From NCBI GenBank assembly GCA_963795795.1, contig CAWCJS010000005.1, positions 134,011-198,010 of the forward strand: a stretch of 64,000 bases of DNA. Direction: 5' to 3'. A program made the translations under genes and the position numbers. This DNA is from an uncultured Actinomycetes bacterium (GTDB lineage Bacteria > Actinomycetota > Actinomycetes > Streptosporangiales > Streptosporangiaceae). Below are positions 38,798 to 46,926 of this stretch, piece after piece. Positions within the stretch are counted from its first letter, which is position 1. Each line of letters begins with the position of its first letter. The notes beneath the pieces were generated by a model that saw nothing but the letters and a program-made list of their open reading frames with translations, did no database searches and was not told the DNA's origin.

Positions 38798-38894
38798 ATG
38801 GACGGCGCGGTCCTATCCGGACAGGGACTGGTTGACTGTGCCCGGCGCGGTCCGGATCACGTGTTTGGGGATGGGTCAGGTGGTTGGGACTGGG

Positions 38895-39089
38895 TCAGGC
38901 GTCATCAGGATCTGGGCGGCCGGGGCGCGGGGCCTGCTGCTTGCGGCGCTTGCGCATGATCGCGATGGCCAGCTTTACGTGCTTTACGGCGGAGCCGGGA
39001 AGGGCGTCGCGGTCGGACTCGGACAGGGCCACCACTCGTTCCAGGAGCGCTATGGCTTGCTCCTCGGCCGTGTCTTTGCGGTGCGTCAC
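38895..39089 (-). CDS. hypothetical small protein (64 aa), translationally coupled to the upstream DUF1707 gene
   Basis: The GTG start overlaps the upstream TGA (GTGA). It reads VTHRKDTAEEQAIALLERVVALSESDRDALPGSAVKHVKLAIAIMRKRRKQQ... with mostly G/C third positions. No recognised family. Confidence 0.35.
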   Translation of the reverse strand: MTHRKDTAEEQAIALLERVVALSESDRDALPGSAVKHVKLAIAIMRKRRKQQAPRPGRPDPDDA

Positions 39090-39634
39090 TCCTGGGCCAA
39101 CCGGAATGAGCCGCCGAGGCAGGTACCGCGCACTCGGAGCAGGGGCTCCTTGAGACTGCCTTCGCGGTCGGCCATGGCTTGCCGGTTGCCGACCACTAGG
39201 ACCTGGTTGTTCACTCGCCAGTGAGCAGGGACGGTGATGGTGATCCGCGCGGCGAGGCTCCACACCGTCAGGGTGACCTCGTCCTGGCTGGGCACGGCGG
39301 CCCGCAGGTCAAGGTCGAAGCTGCCGAAGGCGGCGGTCAGCGAGCAGAACCGACCGATGGCGAAGCGTCCGGCTCGCTGAGCGGATCCGCCTATCACCAC
39401 GCAGCGGTACGGGTCGACGGCCCGGTAGAGCGCGCCGCGCCGGACGGGGAGCGCAGGCAGGTCCGCGGTCACCGCGGCTACCTGGTCCTGCGTGCGCGCT
39501 GCGAACAGGGCGTCGAGCCTGGCGTTGTGGTCGGCCAGCGATAGCCGACCGGAGGCCACGGCGTCGGCTAGCGCGCTGGCTGCCTCATCCCGGTCGGAAT
39601 CGGAGGCCAGGATGCCTTCGGGCGACTGCGTCAT
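39086..39634 (-). CDS. DUF1707 (SHOCT-like) domain protein with a LiaF-like C-terminal domain
   Basis: ILASDSDRDEAASALADAVASGRLSLADHNARLDALFAART is the DUF1707 signature. The C-terminal beta-rich part (VTLTVWSLAARITITVPAHWRV) resembles the cell-wall-active-antibiotic response domain. Confidence 0.65.
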   Translation of the reverse strand: MTQSPEGILASDSDRDEAASALADAVASGRLSLADHNARLDALFAARTQDQVAAVTADLPALPVRRGALYRAVDPYRCVVIGGSAQRAGRFAIGRFCSLTAAFGSFDLDLRAAVPSQDEVTLTVWSLAARITITVPAHWRVNNQVLVVGNRQAMADREGSLKEPLLRVRGTCLGGSFRLAQE

Positions 39635-39662
39635 GGTGATCCTCTTCCTGCGGGAACGGCGG

Positions 39663-41309
39663 CTATCCCGCCAGGAGTTCGGCGATGCGGTCGGCCCAGT
39701 GTTCATCGTGCGGGACCTGGGCGATCAGGGCCGAGGTCAGCATCGTCGGGAGGGCAGCGGGCCGGGCCGGGGCGGCCAGGCCTTCGGCGTGGAGGGCCGC
39801 GACCTGGAACCCGGCGTCGTCGAGGGCCCGGTTGATCGCGGCCAGCGCGTTGGCGCCCTCGGCCCGGTACACGAAGGTCATCGGCTCGGGGTGGTTGAGC
39901 TCCTCGTAGACGACGCGGCCTGGGCAGGTGCCGAGCGCGAAGGCGAGCACGGTGGGATCCTGGCCGCTCGTGGTCAGGGCCGACAAGTCCTCGGTCGCGG
40001 GCGTCAGGCGCCCGCGCGTCATGTCGGGCCTTTGGGTCATGGGCCGCTGCTCGCGGGAGTTCATCCCAGCGCCGAGCGCGCGGAACGCCCAGTAGTCGCC
40101 GTAGGCGCCGTATCCGGAGGCGTACCCGAAGGGGCCGCCTGGACCACCGAAACCGCCTGGCCCCGCGAACCCGCCGGGTCCGGCAAAGCCCCCAGGTCCC
40201 GCGAAGCCCCCGGGCCCGGCGAACCCGCCAGGGCCGGCAAAGCCCCCTGGCCCAGCGAACTCGCCGGGACCGCCGAACCCGCCAGTTCCGGCGAAGCCTC
40301 CTGGTCCGGGGAAGCCGCCCGGACCGGCGAACTCACCTGGTCCCATTGGGGGGCCACCGGACATGATTCCGGCCGCCATCATCCCCGGCAGGCCTGGTCT
40401 GAACGAGCCACCGGGGCTCTCGTGCTGGCCGATGTGCGGCGTGGCGGCGTGATCCTGCCAAGGTGTTACGCCGACCGCGGGCCGGCGCACCGAGGCTAGC
40501 TGCTTGAATCCGAGCGCGAGGCCGGTCCGGCGGGCCAGTTCGGCGACCTGGCCCCGGCGGTCTGGTAGCACCGCGATCTGGACCAAGGTGCTGGTCAGGT
40601 CGGGGTGAATGCCGTCTAGCGTGCCGGCCGGGACGGCCACGCCGTCGCGTAGCAGCCCGGCCGCCTCGCGCAGGGCCATGGGGTCAAGCCCAGGCAGGAG
40701 GGAGGCCAGGAAGGCGGCCGTTCGGCCGCGAGCCTCGCGCAATCGGTCGGTCAGCAGGCCGGCCAGCTCGTCGGTCCGGCGGCCGAGCTGGGATAGGACC
40801 ACGGGATCCCGTCCCGTCACTCCTACCGTGATCACGTAATCGTGGACCTGGACGGCGTCGACGAAGGAAAAGCTGATCCGCTCGGTGGCCGTGGCGCCGA
40901 TGACTAGCAACGCGTCGTCGTAGACCCGGACCTCAGCGGCGTCGCTGCCGCTGCGGGCGGAGAAGACGGTCGCATCGCCCACGGCCGCGACGGCGGAGGC
41001 GGCGGCGTCACCGCGGCCGTCGCGGAGTTCGGCGAGCAACTGGGTGCGCATGACGCCGAGCCGACTGAGTTCGATGGCGTTGCCGTCGGCCAAGGTGACC
41101 CGCACGGTGAACGGCTGGGGCTCGGTGACGGAGGAGATCTGGCCGAACGGGACGCGCAGGACGGCACCCGACGTTGGTGCGAGCACCAGCGCCCCGCCTG
41201 CCACCTCGACGTCGGCGCTGCCGTCCTCGCGTGGATCGCCCGCCGGGGAGAGTATCCGGTACTGGGCCGCGCTCACGGTGGCGTCAGCTACCCGGCCGGC
41301 GTCCCGCAC
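39663..41309 (-). CDS. conserved-looking hypothetical protein with a duplicated N-terminal module and a central (GPGGFA)n low-complexity region
   Basis: 548 aa. Two similar ~90-aa segments end in ...ELSRLGVMRTQLLAELRD and ...VLSQLGRRTDELAGLLTDRLRE. A Gly/Pro/Phe repeat follows, then a C-terminal globular part. The start may lie slightly downstream of 41309. Confidence 0.6.
   Translation of the reverse strand: MRDAGRVADATVSAAQYRILSPAGDPREDGSADVEVAGGALVLAPTSGAVLRVPFGQISSVTEPQPFTVRVTLADGNAIELSRLGVMRTQLLAELRDGRGDAAASAVAAVGDATVFSARSGSDAAEVRVYDDALLVIGATATERISFSFVDAVQVHDYVITVGVTGRDPVVLSQLGRRTDELAGLLTDRLREARGRTAAFLASLLPGLDPMALREAAGLLRDGVAVPAGTLDGIHPDLTSTLVQIAVLPDRRGQVAELARRTGLALGFKQLASVRRPAVGVTPWQDHAATPHIGQHESPGGSFRPGLPGMMAAGIMSGGPPMGPGEFAGPGGFPGPGGFAGTGGFGGPGEFAGPGGFAGPGGFAGPGGFAGPGGFAGPGGFAGPGGFGGPGGPFGYASGYGAYGDYWAFRALGAGMNSREQRPMTQRPDMTRGRLTPATEDLSALTTSGQDPTVLAFALGTCPGRVVYEELNHPEPMTFVYRAEGANALAAINRALDDAGFQVAALHAEGLAAPARPAALPTMLTSALIAQVPHDEHWADRIAELLAG
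40128..40345. repeat. 18-bp coding tandem repeat (about 12 units), encoding GPGGFA/GPGEFA
   Basis: Read directly from the sequence: ...GGFAGPGGFAGPGGFAGPGGFAGPGGFAGPGGFGGPGG... Confidence 0.85.
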
Positions 41310-41935
41310 TCGCTGCAGAACTTCGCCCCGGTCAGGAGCGTCCCGCAGTTCCCGCAGAATTTCTGCGCCGACTGCGCCGCGGCTAGCGGGTTACCACAGC
41401 TCTGGCAGAACTTCCCGCCACCGCTCTCCTGCCCGCAGGAGGGGCACATGCCCGTCGCCTGGTCGCGGTAGTTGATGTCCCCGGTCCAGTCCTGGGCCTG
41501 GATCTTCGTGTTCAGCTGGCTGACCTGAGCCGCAGCCTGCATGCCAGCGATCTCCTGGTCGAGCTTGGGGGCGCACGTCGCGCACAGGCCCCGCTGCTCG
41601 TTCCAGCACACCTGCTCGCACACCCACTGGCCGCAGCGGTGGCACTGATGGAAGTACGGCTTCATCTCGTCGACGGCCTTGGCCAGCGCCTTGTCCCTCG
41701 TCGAGCCGCGGTTGCCGTCGCGCATCCACTCGGCGTCCCAGCCGAGTTGCGCTGCCTTCTCGCCGAGGTTGCCGCCGACCAGGTCGCCGCCCAGCCTGAG
41801 CATCCGCCCGCCGAACCCCGTGGCGGAGTGCTGGAACGAGGAACTGTAGCCGTTGCCGCAGCGACGGCAGAAGAACTCGAACTGGTATCCGTCGTTGGTG
41901 CTACGGTCCTGATAGTTGTCTGTGAAGAAGATCAT
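41288..41935 (-). CDS. multi-zinc-ribbon protein of unknown function
   Basis: Four CxxC-type pairs are spread through the protein (CRRCG; CHRCGQWVC..C; CATC; CPSCG..CQSCG; CGNCG..CSECG). The C-terminus is a double zinc ribbon. The start is 41935 (ATG) or 41944 (GTG). Confidence 0.65.
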   Translation of the reverse strand: MIFFTDNYQDRSTNDGYQFEFFCRRCGNGYSSSFQHSATGFGGRMLRLGGDLVGGNLGEKAAQLGWDAEWMRDGNRGSTRDKALAKAVDEMKPYFHQCHRCGQWVCEQVCWNEQRGLCATCAPKLDQEIAGMQAAAQVSQLNTKIQAQDWTGDINYRDQATGMCPSCGQESGGGKFCQSCGNPLAAAQSAQKFCGNCGTLLTGAKFCSECGTPAG

Positions 41936-41986
41936 CCCAGCCACGGAGGCTCCCCTTTCATCTGGCAGGAGGCACGTTAGCAAAAA

Positions 41987-42739
41987 TCAGCTGCGGTAGA
42001 TCTGGAACGGCGCGAAGCTCTGGCTGGTCGCCATCAGCTCGATGGTGTTGACGTTCACGTTCGGCGGCTGGCTTGTCGCCCACTCGATCGCGGCGGCGAT
42101 GTCGTCGGCAGTCAGGGGGTGGGCCCCCGTGTAGACGGCCGCCGCCCGCTCGGCGTCACCGCCGAACCGGACCTCGGAGAACTCGGTGCCGCCCGACAGC
42201 CCCGGTTCGATGCACGTGACCCTGATCCCGGTGCCGTGCAGGTCGGAGCGCAGGTTGAGGCTGAACTGGTGGACGAAGGCCTTCGTCGCGCCGTAGACGT
42301 TGCCGCCCGGGTAGGGATAGGTGCCCGCGATCGAGCCGAGGTTGACGATGTGCCCGGAGCGGCGCGCGACCATCCGGGGCAGCAGGGCACGGGTCATGAT
42401 GACCAGGCCGGTGCAGTTGGTGTCGATCATCTGCACCCACTGGTCCAGGTCGGCCTCCTGCGCCGGCTCCAGTCCGAGGGCCAGCCCGGCGTTGTTGACG
42501 AGGATGTCGATCTCGGCCCAGTCCGGCGGCAGCGAGGCCGTGACGGTTTCGACGCTGGCGCGGTCACGGACGTCGAGGGTCAGCGGCAGCAGGACGTCGG
42601 GGCCTAGTTCATCCGCCAGGGAGTGGAGCCGCTCGATCCGCCTCGCCGCAGCGATGACGCGGTCGCCGCGGGCGGCGAACCTGCGGGCGGTCGCGGCGCC
42701 GAAGCCAGAGCTCGCGCCGGTGATGAATACAGTCCGCAC
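41987..42739 (-). CDS. classical SDR oxidoreductase (YdfG-like NADP-dependent 3-hydroxy acid dehydrogenase type)
   Basis: VFITGASSGFGAA (TGxxxGxG), NNAG, and Y..YGATK at the catalytic site. GTG start at 42739. Confidence 0.85.
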   Translation of the reverse strand: MRTVFITGASSGFGAATARRFAARGDRVIAAARRIERLHSLADELGPDVLLPLTLDVRDRASVETVTASLPPDWAEIDILVNNAGLALGLEPAQEADLDQWVQMIDTNCTGLVIMTRALLPRMVARRSGHIVNLGSIAGTYPYPGGNVYGATKAFVHQFSLNLRSDLHGTGIRVTCIEPGLSGGTEFSEVRFGGDAERAAAVYTGAHPLTADDIAAAIEWATSQPPNVNVNTIELMATSQSFAPFQIYRS

Positions 42740-42888
42740 GGCATGACCTTAGCGGAGCGCCTGCTCGGGGGCGGCCGCACGGCATGACCTTAGCGAGAGC
42801 GCCTGCCCCGGGCGCGGGTCCGCACGGCATGACCTTCGCGGAGCGCCTGCCTGGGGGCGGCCGCACGGCATGACCTTAACGGCGGGAG
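42734..42888. repeat. 41-45-bp tandem repeat x about 3.7 that includes the RBS and start codon of the SDR gene
   Basis: Copies start at 42734, 42775, 42820 and 42861. Each begins CCGCACGGCATGACCTT(A/C)(G/A)CG, which on the minus strand reads AAGGTCATGCCGTGCGG. Confidence 0.85.
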
Positions 42889-42912
42889 TACCTGGCCGCG
42901 ACCAGGACCAGC

Positions 42913-42950
42913 TCTACTACATCTTGCGTAGCTACGTGCGACGTAGTAGA
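42913..42950. promoter_or_regulatory. nested inverted repeats upstream of padR (candidate operator)
   Basis: TCTACTAC (42913-20) pairs with GTAGTAGA (42943-50). They flank the perfect 10-bp palindrome CGTAGCTACG (42927-36). Confidence 0.45.
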
Positions 42951-42958
42951 CCATAACT

Positions 42959-43294
42959 ATGGCAGCTAGGCAGGCGCGGAGCGGGTTGCGGAGGGCGAAC
43001 GACCCGCCGCTGCTGATCCTGGTCAGCTTGGCGGAGGGGCCGAAGCACGGGCATGCGCTGGCCAAGGACATCGAGGACTTCGCTGGGGTGACGCTCGGCC
43101 CGGGCGCGCTGTATGGGGCGATTACCCGGCTGGACGAGCGCGGCCTCATCGAGCCGTTGCCTGGTGACGACCGGCGGCGGCCCTACCGGATCACCTCGGC
43201 GGGCTCGACCGCGCTGGCCGGCGCCCTGGCCGACATGCGGCGGATCGCCCACACCGGCCTGACCCGCCTTGGACTGGGCGGGAGCCCCGCGTGA
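42959..43294 (+). CDS. PadR-family transcriptional regulator
   Basis: LLILVSLAEGPKHGHALAKDIEDFAGVTLGPGALYGAITRLDERGLIE...RRRPYRITSAG is the canonical PadR wHTH. Confidence 0.9.
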   Translation: MAARQARSGLRRANDPPLLILVSLAEGPKHGHALAKDIEDFAGVTLGPGALYGAITRLDERGLIEPLPGDDRRRPYRITSAGSTALAGALADMRRIAHTGLTRLGLGGSPA

Positions 43295-44212
43295 CGCCCG
43301 CCGAGGAGTCCGGCGGCCGCCCGCACCCGCCCGATCCCCATTGGGCGGGAGCCCGCGGGACCCCGGGGAGGAGCCCGGCGGGCGACCTCGGGACCCGGCA
43401 CTGGCCAGCCTGCTCCGGTGGTACCCGCGGGCGTGGCGGCAGCGCTACGGCGAGGAGTTCCTGGCCATGGTCGAGGACGGGCTCGACGGCCAGCGCCCGA
43501 CTTGGCGCCTGACGGTGAGCGTGGCCTGGGCCGGCCTGCGCGAACGGGGTCGCGCGCTGTTTTCCGGCCGGACCCTCGCACGGAGTGCGCGCGGGATCGA
43601 CTCCGTGCTCAACCGGTGGTGGCCGAGCGTGGCGACCGCAAACATCCTGGCTCTCCTCCCGGCCACCGTCGGGGCGCCGGCGCCTGGCGCGCGCGCGTGG
43701 CAGGTGACGGCGGCGCTGGATGCGCTGGTCGCGGTCATGGCCTTGATCGGCATGGCCGTCCTGGCGGGCGGCCTGATCGCCTTCCCGGCGTTCCGGAGGT
43801 TCCTTCGGGCAGGCGGGTGGGCAGCGATCCGGTGGCGGGTCGCGGGGGCAGCGGGGGCCACGGTGGTCGCGGGCGGAGCGCTGACCGGGCTCCGCCGGTG
43901 GTCCCGCTCGCAGACGTTCGCTCAGCTGAACATCTCGTCGGCCTACTTCGTTGGGTCACGGTCACAACGATGGCGCTGATAGGCGCCCTGGGGCTTTGGA
44001 TGTCCGCGGCCAGGGCCACGGCCGGGCAACTGGACCTCTCTCCCAGGGAGCGAACCGCGGAAGCGGTGCTGGGCGTGCTGACCTCGAACTGGACATTCGT
44101 CATGGTTTCCGCCAACGGCCACTTGCTCGCCGCCCTTCAGCCCTCGGTTCCGTTGCTGGTCATCCCGGTCGCCGGTCTGGTCCTGGCGGCGTCCGAGGGC
44201 GCATGCAGATGA
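43269..44212 (+). pseudogene. PadR-associated membrane protein, frame broken near 43940; start uncertain
   Basis: The LLRWYPRAWRQRYGEEFLAMVED motif is typical of genes that follow padR. After ...QLNISSAY the frame shifts and continues LLRWVTVTTMALIGALGLWM... to 44212. A GTG at 43291 overlapping the padR stop is in yet another frame. Confidence 0.55.
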
Positions 44213-44325
44213 GGCGGGTCCTGGGCCAGGCTGGGCTGCCGCGCCGCGGGAGCCGCCCGCGCCGCGGGAGCGGCCCGGGACGCCACGTCTACCGCGGGGG
44301 ATGATAGACGGGCCGGCGGAGGTTA

Positions 44326-44371
44326 TGCGGGAGGGGAACTAATCGCCGTTCGGGATAAAGGGTCTTTGTAG
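44326..44371 (+). repeat. copy B of the duplicated 45-nt element, abutting the helicase start codon
   Basis: TGCGGGAGGGGAACTAATCGCCGTTCGGGATAAAGGGTCTTTGTAG. Compare with 28010-28053. Confidence 0.7.
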
Positions 44372-46914
44372 TGGTGCGGGCAGGGCACGATGGAACGGCC
44401 ATGTTGCTCATCGATCTCCTGCCTGAGACGCCCGATCCGGACGAGGTCTTCGACGCGTTCGCGGAGTGGGCCAAGCGGCGCGGGCTGGCGCTGTACCCGC
44501 ACCAGGAGGACGCGCTCATCGAGATCGTGTCCGGGGCGAATGTCATCTTGTCGACTCCCACGGGGTCGGGGAAGAGCCTGGTCGCCATGGGGGCCCATTT
44601 CACCGCGCTCGCGGACGGCCGGCGGACGTTCTATACGGCGCCGATCAAGGCCCTGGTGTCGGAGAAGTTCTTCGACTTGTGTGCGGCGTTCGGGCCGGAC
44701 GAGGTCGGGATGATGACCGGGGACGCCAGCGTCAACGCCGACGCGCCGATCATCTGCTGCACCGCCGAGATCCTGGCCAACCTCGCGTTGCGCGACGGCG
44801 CCGCGGCGGACGTGGGTCAGGTGGTGATGGATGAATTCCACTACTACGCCGACCCCGATCGCGGTTGGGCCTGGCAGGTCCCGCTGATCGAACTGCCGCG
44901 CGCGCAGTTCCTGCTGATGTCGGCGACGCTGGGTGACGTTTCGCGGTTCGAAGCGGACCTGACCCGGCGTACTGGGCGACCGACTGCGGTGATCGAGTCC
45001 GCCGAGCGCCCGGTGCCGCTGACCTTCTCCTTTGTCGTGCAGCCGCTGCACGAGACGCTGGAGGAACTGCTCTCGACGGATCAGGCGCCGGTGTACGTGG
45101 TGCACTTCACGCAGGTGGCGGCGCTGGAGCAGGCGCAGGCCCTGATGAGCATCAACGTCTGCAGCCGCGCGGAGAAGGATGCCATCGCGGAGCTGATCGG
45201 AAACTTCCGGTTCTCTGCTGGTTTCGGGAAGACCCTTTCTCGGCTGGTGCGGCACGGGATCGGGGTCCATCACGCGGGGATGCTGCCCCGGTACCGGCGG
45301 CTGGTGGAGACGCTCACCCAGGCCGGGCTGCTGAAGGTCATCTGCGGGACGGACACCCTCGGCGTCGGGATCAACGTGCCGATCCGGACGGTGCTGTTCA
45401 CCGCGCTGTCCAAGTACGACGGGAAGCGGACCCGGCTGCTGCAGGCCCGCGAGTTCCACCAGATCGCCGGGCGCGCGGGGCGGGCGGGGTACGACACGGT
45501 CGGGCGGGTCGTCGTGCAGGCGCCTGAGCACGTGGTGGAGAACGAAAAGGCCCTGGCCAAGGCGGGCGACGACCCTCGGTTGCGGCGGAAGGTAGTCAGG
45601 AAGAAGCCGCCGGAGGGGCTCGTCTCGTGGGGGCAGCCGACCTTCGAGCGGCTGGTGGCCGCCTCGCCCGAGCCGCTGACCTCGAGCTTCAAGGTCACGC
45701 ACGCCATGGTGCTGAACGTGATCGCCCGGCCGGGTGACGCCTTCGCGGCGATGCGCCATCTGCTGACCGACAACGACGAGGACCGGCCGGCCCAACGTCG
45801 GCACATTCACCAGGCGATCGCGATCTACCGGGCGCTGCTGGCGGGGGGTGTGGTGGAGGTGTTGCCTGCGCCCGATGATCTGGGACGCATGGTGCGGCTG
45901 ACGGTGGACCTGCAGTTCGACTTTGCTTTGAACCAGCCGCTTTCGCCGTTCGCGCTGGCCGCAATCTCGCTGCTGGACCGATCGGATCCTTCGTACCCGC
46001 TGGATGCGGTTTCGGTTATTGAGGCGACCCTGGATGATCCGCGGCAAGTGCTGTCCGCCCAGCAGTTCCGCGCCCGCGGCGAGGCGGTCGCGCAGATGAA
46101 GGCGGATGGGGTCGAGTATGAGAGGCGGCTCGAGCTGCTGGACTCGGTTACGTATCCCAAGCCGCTTTCGGAGCTGCTCGACGGGGCGTACGAGATATAC
46201 CGGCAGGGTCATCCTTGGGTCGCGGACTATGAGCTGTCGCCGAAGGGCGTGGCTCGGGATATGTATGAGCGGGCGCTGACCTTTACCGAGTACGTCGGGT
46301 TCTACGGGCTGGCGCGGTCTGAGGGGCTGGTGCTGCGGTATCTGGCGGACGCTTATAAGGCGCTGCGGCAGACGGTGCCGGACGAGGCTAAGACCGAGGA
46401 GCTCACGGATCTGATCGAGTGGCTGGGAGAGACCGTTCGGCAGGTGGACTCCAGCTTGCTTGACGAGTGGGAGCGGCTGCGGGACGGGTCGGGTGCTTCG
46501 GGCTTTTCTGGTGCGCGGCCTGACGATCGGCCGCCTTCGGTGACTGGGAACGCCCGGGCGTTCCGGGTACTGGTGCGGAACGCGTTGTTCCATCGGGTCA
46601 AGCTTGGTGCGCTCGGGCATTACGAGGAGCTGGGTCTGCTGGACGCGGAGAGTGGCTGGAACGCCTCCGCTTGGGCTGCCGCGCTCGAGGGGTACTTCGA
46701 GGTCCACGACGAGATCGGCACCGGGCCGGATGCTCGCGGGCCCGGGATGCTTCTCATTGACGAGCAATCGAGCCCAGGTCAGTGGGTCGTGCGGCAGATC
46801 CTTGATGACCCCGCCGGTGACCACGACTGGGGCATCAGTGCTGTGGTCGATTTGGGGGCCTCGGACGAGGCGGGAACGGTGGTGCTGCGCGTTACCGATG
46901 TTGGGCAGCTGTAA
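44371..46914 (+). CDS. Ski2-like DEAD/DEAH-box helicase with a long C-terminal domain (DUF3516-type architecture)
   Basis: LSTPTGSGKSLVA (motif I), MDEFHYY (motif II DEFH), MSATLG (III) and HHAGMLP...QIAGRAGRAG (VI). The start is 44371 (GTG) or 44401 (ATG). Confidence 0.85.
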   Translation: MVRAGHDGTAMLLIDLLPETPDPDEVFDAFAEWAKRRGLALYPHQEDALIEIVSGANVILSTPTGSGKSLVAMGAHFTALADGRRTFYTAPIKALVSEKFFDLCAAFGPDEVGMMTGDASVNADAPIICCTAEILANLALRDGAAADVGQVVMDEFHYYADPDRGWAWQVPLIELPRAQFLLMSATLGDVSRFEADLTRRTGRPTAVIESAERPVPLTFSFVVQPLHETLEELLSTDQAPVYVVHFTQVAALEQAQALMSINVCSRAEKDAIAELIGNFRFSAGFGKTLSRLVRHGIGVHHAGMLPRYRRLVETLTQAGLLKVICGTDTLGVGINVPIRTVLFTALSKYDGKRTRLLQAREFHQIAGRAGRAGYDTVGRVVVQAPEHVVENEKALAKAGDDPRLRRKVVRKKPPEGLVSWGQPTFERLVAASPEPLTSSFKVTHAMVLNVIARPGDAFAAMRHLLTDNDEDRPAQRRHIHQAIAIYRALLAGGVVEVLPAPDDLGRMVRLTVDLQFDFALNQPLSPFALAAISLLDRSDPSYPLDAVSVIEATLDDPRQVLSAQQFRARGEAVAQMKADGVEYERRLELLDSVTYPKPLSELLDGAYEIYRQGHPWVADYELSPKGVARDMYERALTFTEYVGFYGLARSEGLVLRYLADAYKALRQTVPDEAKTEELTDLIEWLGETVRQVDSSLLDEWERLRDGSGASGFSGARPDDRPPSVTGNARAFRVLVRNALFHRVKLGALGHYEELGLLDAESGWNASAWAAALEGYFEVHDEIGTGPDARGPGMLLIDEQSSPGQWVVRQILDDPAGDHDWGISAVVDLGASDEAGTVVLRVTDVGQL

Positions 46915-46926
46915 CGGGCGTTCGGA

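Noticed and set aside
44323-46824. 833-aa ORF antisense to the helicase, and similar long ORFs such as 15706..17640, 10029..11387, 5805..7022, 2012..3109, 17651..19045, 59849..60775, 62088..63281
   Set aside because: These are typical shadow ORFs of high-GC DNA. Their translations are Arg/Pro/Gly/His-rich and low in complexity, with no recognisable motifs. Each lies opposite a gene with clear family signatures.
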